Source: Ionaspis alba
Taxonomy: Eukaryota
Assembly: GCA_964255285.1 (NCBI GenBank)
Contig: CAXUUL010000050.1
Location: 1-46,444 of the forward strand
Direction of reading: 5' to 3'
Length of the DNA: 46,444 nt
Part shown: one piece after another, positions 35,567 through 44,701 of the stretch
Numbering within the stretch: position 1 is the stretch's first letter
Layout: the number at the start of each line of letters is the position of its first letter
Program-made: the position numbers and the translations under genes
Notes under the pieces: model-generated
What the model was told of the DNA's origin: nothing
The model's database searches: none
What the model saw: only the letters and a program-made list of their open reading frames with translations

Positions 35567-37327
35567 ATGTTACATCAACTTATACTCAGATCGACTGTAA
35601 GGACTATTGCGAGATCACCGAAATCCATTCCCTCAATACCGTTCGCCCCTCCTAGCTTCCAGCTTGTCCAGCAATTACGGCGAGGATATGCAACTGAAGC
35701 CCGTGAGTGAATAGAGAAGTCTCCTGGTATGAGCCAGCTTCCTGACTGGTCTTTTGCAGAGGAACACGATCTTGTCATAATTGGTGGCGGTGTCGCCGGT
35801 TATGTCTCTGCCATCAAGGCTGGACAGGAAGGCATGAAGGCACGTCTCTACTTCGCCCCCATGTGTTTATGAGCGTTGGCTGAGTGCGATACAGGTGGCG
35901 TGTATAGAAAAGCGTGGCGCGCTGGGAGGGACCTGTTTGAATGTTGGCTGCATACCCTCAAAATCTCTCCTCAACAACTCCCATCTCTACCACCAAATCC
36001 TCCACGACACTAAGAAGCGCGGTATCGAGGTTGGCGACGTCAAACTCAATCTCAAACAGATGATGCAAGCGAAGACCACCTCGGTTGATGGCCTGACGAA
36101 GGGAGTGGAGTTCCTGTTCAAGAAAAACAACGTCGAATACATACCTGGTACTGGAGCATTCTCGGGCGAGCATGAGATCAAGGTCAATAGAATAGACGGG
36201 AACGAGCAGACTCTGAGGGCAAAGAATATCATTATTGCAACGGGCAGCGAGGCTACGCCATTCCCTGGCTTAAATATTGATGAGAAAAAGGTCGTCACAA
36301 GTACAGGTGCCATCGCGCTGGAGCAGGTGCCCAGGAAGATGGTCGTCATTGGAGGAGGTATCATTGGATTGGAGATGGTATGTTCCGCCACTTTTCAGAT
36401 ATGTCCAGCTGTATGCTCACAGTGCCGAACTTAGGGTTCGGTATGGTCCCGTCTCGGAGCCGATGTCACTGTTGTAGAGTTTCTGGGTCAAATCGGTGGA
36501 CCGGGCATGGATGCCGAGATTTCCAAGATGACGCAGAAGATCCTGACGAAGCAGGGCATGAAGTTCAAGCTTGGCACGAAAGTCTTAAGCGGAGACGATA
36601 GCGGCGAAGGTGTCAAGCTCGAGGTCGAAGCTGCCAAAGGTGGGAAGAAAGAGACAGTAAGTCCTCCATTTTGGCATTGCAGGAAATTGAATGCTAAATA
36701 AACTGCTAGCTTGACGCAGACGTCGTCCTTGTTGCCATCGGCCGTCGGCCATACACCTCTGGACTAGGTCTCGAGAACATCGGTCTTGAGGTCGATGAGA
36801 AGGGCCGTCTCGTTATTGACCAAGAGTATCGCACTAAGCTTCCCCACATTCGAGTCATTGGCGACTGCACATTTGGACCTATGCTGGCTCACAAGGCGGA
36901 AGAGGAAGCCGTAGCAGCGATCGAGTATATCAAAAAGGGCTACGGCCACGTCAACTACAACGCTATCCCCTCAGTCATGTACACGCATCCAGAAGTCGCT
37001 TGGGTAGGTCAGAACGAGGCTGAGCTCAAGAAGGCAGGCGTCAAATTCAAGACTGGAAGTTTTCCCTTCAGCGCGAATTCAAGAGCGAAGACAAACCAGG
37101 AGACCGAAGGCATGGTCAAATTCTTCGCTGATGCCGAGACGGACCGGATACTGGGCATTCACATTGTGGGACCGAATGCAGGGGAGATGATCGCCGAAGG
37201 TGTGCTCGCACTGGAGTATGGTGCCAGCACGGAGGACGTCGGGCGGACGAGTCACGCTCATCCTACATTAGCGGAGGCTTTCAAGGAGGCTGCGATGGCG
37301 ACGTATGGGAAGGCGATTCACTACTAA
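35567..37327 (+). CDS. LPD1: Dihydrolipoyl dehydrogenase, mitochondrial
   Basis: FAD motif IIGGGVAG, redox disulfide [16 protein letters not shown] motif [10 protein letters not shown]-terminal HAHPTLAEA. Introns 35703-35759, 35840-35894 (GC-AG), 36378-36434 and 36657-36709. Confidence 0.97.
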
Positions 37328-38450
37328 GGTGCTGAGTGATGGTGGTGGAAACCAGAACCCCCTGTGAATAGTGGTTTGTACAGTACTTTTCATGATTTCA
37401 TGGTGGTAGCGTAACTCAAGCATTTACTAAAAGAGAACTTTGGATTTGTGATGATTTCCATATTCATATCTATTCATGAGCTTGAGAGGCACTTTGTTTC
37501 CCACCACACGCACCCTACCTCTTTTCAGCCTATTGTGCCGCGTCCAGTAACAGCACATGATGAAGGCAGTGAATTCTGACAACCGAAATAGACAGCAGCC
37601 ACGTGTATGGATTTTGCCTTTCTACGAAACTTTCCTCAGTCGGCTGACACGACAACGATCTGAGCCTACCCGTGCGCAACATACTTCTACTTCTGAAGCT
37701 CAAGATTATTCTAAAAATGTACCGAGAGATTCACAAACACAGATTGATATAGCCACAGGCGTGCGTGTTCAAGCGATTCGAGCTACCATGGTAGTGATCT
37801 TAGAGCCCAGCTGTAAAACGCGAACGTTGCTCATGTGGCATCAACTAGCCAAGATCTCATTATCGGCGATCACGCCGAATGAGCTTTTACGTATGAGTCT
37901 ACCTGGCTATCAGGACCCTTCGGTACAGCAATTAATTCATCAATAGGTAAAATTCAAACACGTTCAATACAGCGTTATAGGACCAGCTGATTCACCAGTC
38001 GTCATGCTTGCTAAGGTACAGCGATGAAGACGTGTTCATCAAAAGATGTTCAATAGAATGCCGCCGCTAAAATAGTAAAGACACCTTCTGAAGCCTTTAT
38101 AAGTAGTCCTTCAGGGCCGCTCGCCTCAATCGAAAGCCATTCCCTCTTCTGTTTGAGTCACGTTTCTTCGTTGTGTGTGTATAATTCGCATCCCGAGGTT
38201 ACTCACATCCAGTAGCCAAAGTCTCAACACTCACCTCAACCAAGCTCTGCTAAGTCAATCTCCACATCTGTTCTGACCCTTTGAACAACGCACTGTAAAG
38301 CTCTGAGACCAGTCATCACCATCAGCAGGAACTCCATATCTGCGCCGTTCACTCCAATCGACATCTCAATTAAATTGAAAAAGGCCAGAATCGACGTCGT
38401 GCAGCTCGCTCCAACAATCCAGCTCTCGTTCTGACCCGTATCCCAGAACG

Positions 38451-39020
38451 ATGTGCGACTACCACCGCTACCGCTGTCGCTCATGCGGAGCCGAGTGCCG
38501 CATTTTCAAGGCCCTCTGCAGATCTGCCAAAAGGCAGAACCAATCGACAAGATGCGCGACGCCATACTGTATCACCATCGAAATGTTGGAGCAGGGGTGG
38601 CTCTGTATGAAGTGCGAAGGAACTGACTCGGATGGCGGTCTGGTGAAGGAGCTTCCAGGCATTGATGGAGACGAGGGAGCGGACAATGAGCCACTTGCGA
38701 AGAAGCAAAGGATAGATGTGAAGGGAAAAGGGATTTCGAATGAGGGAACTGCGGAGAAGGTGGAGACGCTCGATAACGATGATAAGAAGGGTCAGCAGAT
38801 GGAGCTGGCTGATAACGGTGCATTGGCGAAGGATGGGAAGAAGATCGAGAGGGTCGAGAAGAAGGTGGACTGTGAGGGGAAGGAGAAGGAGAAGGAGAAG
38901 GAGAGAGTCAAGGATGGCCGAGTTAAAAAGGTGACCAAGATAGAGCGTGGTAAGAGGGGTGAGAGAAGGAAGAGCAAGCGCAGAACGGCTGGTGCCAGAA
39001 AGGTCGTGACAGAGGACTAG
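38451..39020 (+). CDS. Hypothetical protein with Cys-rich N-terminus and Lys/Glu-rich tail
   Basis: 189-aa ATG-started ORF. Nine Cys in the first 55 aa, including CRSC and CMKC. NLS-like PLAKKQRID, an EK repeat and a basic C-terminus. TATA-like TTTATAAG near 38096. Confidence 0.6.
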   Translation: MCDYHRYRCRSCGAECRIFKALCRSAKRQNQSTRCATPYCITIEMLEQGWLCMKCEGTDSDGGLVKELPGIDGDEGADNEPLAKKQRIDVKGKGISNEGTAEKVETLDNDDKKGQQMELADNGALAKDGKKIERVEKKVDCEGKEKEKEKERVKDGRVKKVTKIERGKRGERRKSKRRTAGARKVVTED

Positions 39021-40245
39021 ATAATGAATCGACCGTGGACATGGAAGCAGACTTGAAGAGGGCATGAGCGTATCTTATTGGTCTTTCTGAATACACTGGT
39101 AGTGGAGTTTTTGCTTGTATGATAGATGAGCGGATTTGCTTGGGGAGTTTCTGGTGAAGGCGGTATGAATACAAGTGGTCAGGTCTGTAAACGATTGTAG
39201 CGTTGTGGAGAGAGATATTGTGGCCAGAGTGTGTGATACATATTGAATTCGCGCAATCCTGTCCACCAACTCGGTCCTAGGGACTGCTAATCTTTATCGT
39301 GTCTATCATAGTAAATACGTTGAATGTGCTTTACAGTGATTTTGTCGAACGGTACGAAATTAGCGGCGATATCGCCGACCGTACGTGCCACCTTTCAGGA
39401 GAGGATTAAGCGCCGTTCCTTGGTTGTACTTGGGGGCGGGAGAAACTGGTTTCGGTGCCGCGACACATTGAACGTAGCAAACCGAGGACCTTTTGAGGGC
39501 ATGCCCCCTATATTGGAACTCCCCAATCAGGCGAGCCCCCAAGCTTTTGTCGCTAGAGATTGTCCTCAGTGTGCAACGACAACGAAACCTGTCCTTCCGC
39601 CTCGACTTATATAGCGCATGGGCATGGCTGGTCCCCTATTCTGAATGGTTGGTGCCAACCCTACATATCAGCTTCATCTGCGCTAATGTGGAATCTCTGG
39701 ATTGAGTTCTTGTATATCGAGCACTAAGGAAAAGATGGACCAACCGAAGAGCTTCTAGACAAGGCACTTATGCCGTCAATGATCGTTGCCCAAATCACCG
39801 CGTGTTTTTGATGCGCTTCGGAGCACAGCCTTGTTGTCGACGAATACAGATTCATCTTTCTGCATTTTGTTTCATATCCGCTCATGAGGATCTTTTCGTA
39901 CTCAAGACTGACGCGGCAAGCGGGGTATCACAGCATCGGTTGGCGCGGTTGATGTCTCTCTTCTGCCACAGGGAGAATCATTGATTCCCAACTCCGATGC
40001 AGTCCAGACCTTCTGCCAGGTAGGGGCCGCCTTGATCGTACACTCGTCACAATGATGAAGTTTTTGTGGCCGCATGTGCGGGAAAATCCACCTTTGCTTC
40101 GTTGTCCCCTTCAGGATGGAGAAGCTGTCGTGCTAGGCTGGTATCAGCATTTATAGCTTCTTATTTCCTTGAAAAGTTTCTTTTCTACTGTTTGTCCGTC
40201 GGAGCGTTGCTTGTCATTGCCTATGGATATTCAATAATCATTCTA

Positions 40246-41314
40246 ATGCCTACCAATCCATCCGAGAGCATCTCAGCCGGCTCTATCGAGAAAAGCCCTG
40301 TAAGGAATATCCGATCAGCATCGTTATACAATCCCACGCTGCATGCTGGTCACCCGGAGCTTGAAGCTATCGAAGCTCGCATAGAAAGTGATCAATCGCA
40401 ATCACGCCGAGCCACGATTCCTCAGCTTTCATCCTCTTCTGCTAGACAAGCTGGACCACATCGTGCTACCAATCGTCCACTACCAGAGGATCTACGACCT
40501 GATCCTAGTCACGAAATGCAAATCGCAGAACTTCCGTCGGGCAGTCCTCCAGCTTACAGGTGTGAAGAGAGACTCTATGGACTAGCTCCGAGAACTTTCT
40601 GGATAGCTGTGCTCCTCATCGTCTTTTTCCTGGCAGCTGGAATTGCAGTCGGTCTAGGAGTTGGCCTTGGACTACTCATGAAATCCAACAAACAGTACGT
40701 GACACTCGCTTCTGATACCCGACATGCCTGGACCTTGCAAATGTGCACACTTGCTGACTCGAGCAACTTCAAGAGGTGAAGCAGCATCCTCACCCACAAG
40801 GACCGTTTATATCGGTACCGCTAGTCAAGGAACACCGACGGATGCACCAGGTTGGAACACGGCTCTTACTACCCCGACAGCTGCACCTGGAGCAGTCTTC
40901 ATCAACCCCGGGACAACGAACAGTACACATTATAACTATGCCAGTCCTATCGTTGCATGTCCCGACGCCAACAACGACAACATCACCTTCCCATACTATA
41001 TAAATGGATCTGCCTTCACATATACCATTCAATGCGATACCGATTACGGAATTTGGGGTAGTGTCAGAGACATTCAGATAAGCGCTGGGCCGAAGACACT
41101 GACAGAGTGTATTGATCTATGCTCGACTTTCAATATTCAGTTACCCCAAGGGTCTACTTCAGGTGGAGCCGTTGGGTTTTCGGGGTTTTGTTCAGGGATC
41201 TATTTTGGGTCTAAGGCTTGCCATCTTAAGAGCGGACTTGTATCTGGCTACCAAGGGCACAGTGGTGAAGGGCATGGAGCCAGGCTTAATAAAGCACCCG
41301 AGTGGCTTCCATAA
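40246..41314 (+). CDS. Single-pass membrane protein with C-terminal PAN/apple-like Cys domain (exons 40246-40694, 40774-41314)
   Basis: TM segment RTFWIAVLLIVFFLAAGIAVGLGVGL. Intron 40695-40773 (GTACGT...GCTGAC...AAG) fuses two ORFs of the track. Cys pattern CP...FTYTIQCDTDY...ECIDLC...FCSGIYF...CHLK. Confidence 0.75.
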
Positions 41315-41635
41315 TCCTTAGCTATAGAGTTTAGAAGGCCTCAAATTTCATTTCTTGACGATAAACATTGAGACAGAAAAGTTTGTTCCTTGATTGAATG
41401 ACCTAGTCAAAGTTCTTCACATCTTCAGTCCTTTCTGGGATGGAGCAAAGTAGTGTAAGAATACTGTAATATTATTTCATTCCTGTCGACGATAACTAGA
41501 CAAGGCTTGGCATCAACTCCTAAGTTCGGGCTTTCGATCTCGAAACGGCCTGACTTTGTTCAAGCTCAAATACAATACAACCGCTACAATATGTGAGTAT
41601 CTTGCAAGCATCGATAAGTTACAACAGGCTTCAAC

Positions 41636-43456
41636 ATGCCTGTCTGTGCATTCTATCAACGAGGGACTTGCAGATATGGAGGTAAAGTTCTGGTCGTCAC
41701 CCCAGACGCTTGCCTAGTATTGATTGTCTTCGTAGATAATTGTCGTTACGAGCACCCCGGTGCGAACAGAAGACCAATAACGTCTCAGAACCGCTTTGGA
41801 GTCCTGAATTCAGAAAGTCCAGGACATGGCAGTAGAGGTAAGAATGATCGACTTTTTAAATTCATTCAGTGCACGAACGAGTCCTTTTGTTGATTATAAT
41901 ATGCAACAATCAGTTCTTGGGCAAAAGCGTGTATGATTTATGCGAGACCTTTGGAGTTCTGTCATCTGTTCTCTTATGGCAGTTTCTCCTTTCCGATTCA
42001 GCTCGATGTTATAAACATAGCGTAATTGCATCCTGACGCTTATAGGAACATCTTCTTACGATAGGAACACACCGTAAGCTCGCCCTGCCACTTACGCCAA
42101 GTCACACTTAACCTTGACTTTAGCCCATATCAGTTGGACAAAGACATCATCAGAACGGATCTTGCGAAGGAGCGGCCCATCTGGATACTTTCCGCTTATG
42201 GACCGGGAAAGCAGCCGCCAATACAGCTCTTTGGCGGTCTTCCGCGAGAACAGAGCTTTGAGGAACTAAGACTTCGACACTATGAACTAGCCGCTCAAGG
42301 ACACCAGCAGCAAGCCATTCAGGAAACTCAGACTCTTGTGAACAATGCCGAACAACAGATGCGAAGTACTTTGAACGACATCGATGGCGCCATTAGATAC
42401 ATCGTCGAAGGCGAGAATCAGCATCCGAATCGGATAGACATCTGTAACGCCAAAGGAGTCGGCCCATCATCTGGCATTGCAAAGCCTCCCCCAGCACCTT
42501 TCAACCAGTCCTCAACGTTTGGGCAGCCTTCAGCGCCTGTGATGTCAGGAACTACCTTCGGACAGCCATCCATTTCTACATTTGGCAAGCCTTCGTCATC
42601 GTTTGGTCAAGTTCCGACGCTCGGGAAACCAACAAACCCTTTCGGGACTGCAGCAGGACCAGCTTTCGGTCAACCGCCGACTCTTGGTGCGCCTCAGACT
42701 TCTACATTCGGTCAAGCATCAACATTTGGCAAGCCTTCGACAGCGACGTCGATATTCGGTCAACCGTCGACCACGCCCTCTCCTTTCGGTCAGCCATCCA
42801 ACCTTACCTCTACATTCGGTCAGCCGTCAAACCCTTCTACTTTCGGCAAGCCAAGTAACCCCTTCATTCAAAACGCCCTTCAGACGTCAACTCCCGGTCA
42901 ACCGTCCCAAACCAGTGGATTCACGAACCAGCCCGTCTCAGCTTTCACAACGGGTATCGCCTCCTCGAACATCCCCGCACAATCCAATCCTTTCGGTCAA
43001 CCTCCCGCTTCACAACCAAGCACCTTCGGCCAACCCACCGCGGCCACAACCACAGCTCCCTTCAGCAGACCCGCCAATAGCGCAACCGGCTTCGAAATAA
43101 CCCATCACACCTCCTCGATCCCGTTCGGTGTTGGAAGTTCCGGATCCAACACCTTACCCTCTATTAAGAATGGCAGCACCCGCAAGGATGCTCGCGGCAA
43201 GCTTATAGAATGGAAAGGGCAGCGCATATCCTACATCGACAACGAACCTTGTTTCAAGCGTCCGGACGGGCAATGGGAGAAGGTGTGGTTCCCAGATGGG
43301 TCTCCGGCATTTACTAAAGAGCCGAATCCGCCGGCGGACGCTTATAATGAGGAAATGAAGGGCAGATATACGTATTTGAGGGAGCATGGGACGTTCAAGG
43401 ATGGGGTTATGCCAGAATTGCCGCCAATGAAGGATTGGTGTTCTTGGGACTTTTGA
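41636..43456 (+). CDS. AMO1: CCCH zinc-finger FG nucleoporin Amo1/Nup42-like
   Basis: N-terminal CAFYQRGTCRYGDNCRYEH finger after splicing, PIWILSAYGP, EQSFEELRL and many FGQP/FGKP repeats. Exons 41636-41681, 41736-41837, 42046-42073 and 42124-43456. Confidence 0.85.
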
Positions 43457-43751
43457 GCAATGGGCGAGGTACAAGTCGGGCTCTTAGGGCATGATTGGGA
43501 ACAGGCGCGGAGCGGTGTGACTTAGGACTAGAGAAGCTCGCTGCACTATAAGCAGAGCGCGGAGTTGTTCAGGTTGAGTACATTAACGATGGTCCTCAGG
43601 AGAAGGCGTGGATCTGCATCTGGAGAAGTCTTTGGGCTGAAGCAAACTTTGTGCTTGAGTGTTGCTTCGAATCCCGGGAACTACTCGCTAGCTACGAGAT
43701 ATTGTTTGTCCGCATAGCAATCACACCTCTTAGCGACATGCAGAACCACGC

Positions 43752-44272
43752 TTAAGACCCGGCAATTGTAACCTCCACCTCGACACCAGCCTCAATGTTG
43801 ATGATGATCTGCTTCACGACCTCAGTCGGAGCATTCAGACTGCGCAAACCAGCATTAGCCTTTTTTCATAAACATGGCTCTCTCCAGAAAAGCAATCCCC
43901 CCATTTCTGCAGAAAAGACCATCAAACTCACTCAATCAACCGCTTATGGATCCTCATCTCAAACGTATCCCATGTCTTACTTCCCTCACCACAAGGCGTC
44001 TTCCTCGTCGTAACCTTCAAGCTCTTGGTCGGCAGACGGACTGGTCCCTTGACACGCAGGTCCTTTGATTTGGCACGCTCGATCAGCTCTTGGCAGACCT
44101 TTTCGAGGGATTGCACTTTGCGCGAGGTAAGAGTGATACGGATTTTGTGAATTTTCTGGTTCCAGGAAAATGAGTTAGTATAGAATCGGTGGAGGTATGT
44201 AAGAATCTAAGACGATGGAACAGTACGTACAGGACCTTCGCCGAAGTCTTTCTCGGGCTTTTGGTAGGACAT
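43752..44272 (-). CDS. RPS20: 40S ribosomal protein S20 (uS10)
   Basis: [67 protein letters not shown]. Introns 44230-44156 and 43931-43840. Confidence 0.98.
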
Positions 44273-44701
44273 CGTTGCGGTTGCGTGGGTTTGACTCTTG
44301 GAGGCAAGGATTCAGATGCTGTGGAATGTGACGAGTCTATTGAACGGTATCTTAGGTATGCGACACGCCAATCAAGACCTGAACAGCTGGGTTCGGTAAA
44401 GTGATGAAAGGCTGGTGAGATACGGATGTCGAGGTCGTAGCGTGAATATGGGAAATTCAATGTGCGCGGAGGAATGCTTGGCGTGGAATGCACCTCGTTT
44501 AACCATATCAACATTGTTGTTTGCTCCAGTGACCAGTCAGCGTCGTCATGAGCCAAGACCTTCAGAAGTATTGATGGTTATTTATTTTGTAGTTTAATCA
44601 CCGAGATTCTCAATAATTTAAGATGGACAGAGAGGACTCTCCAAACTTCAATTTTACTGATATTTCGATTCCTAGCAATATCTTTGCTTCCACGACCAGA
44701 G
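44273..44701. promoter_or_regulatory. Divergent promoter region RPS20/CUE3
   Basis: 429 bp between head-to-head start codons, with an AT-rich core at about 44570-44670. Confidence 0.55.

Noticed and set aside
36431..36438. TTAGGGTT telomere-like or telomerase-template-like motif
   Set aside because: Single copy that is simply an LPD1 intron acceptor and exon start.
37557..37946. 129-aa ATG ORF downstream of LPD1
   Set aside because: No motif, compositional signal or splice support.
38375..38400. LKKARIDV-coding stretch resembling LAKKQRIDV in the downstream orphan
   Set aside because: Out of frame with the ORF, no start codon and little nucleotide identity; probably chance.
41593..41627. 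Possible 5' UTR intron GTGAGT...ACAG before AMO1
   Set aside because: Only 35 nt with no clear branch site, and splicing would create an out-of-frame ATG.
42500..43040. Repeated TTCGGTCAACC/TTCGGTCAGCC units that look array-like
   Set aside because: These are coding FGQP nucleoporin repeats with irregular spacing, not a CRISPR or satellite array.
8647..43456. Apparent cluster of mRNA-export/nuclear-pore genes (GBP2, ELYS, AMO1)
   Set aside because: Spread over 35 kb among unrelated housekeeping genes; no evidence of a functional cluster.
43660..43682. TTCGAATCCC resembling a tRNA T-loop/B-box
   Set aside because: No cloverleaf, A-box or acceptor stem.
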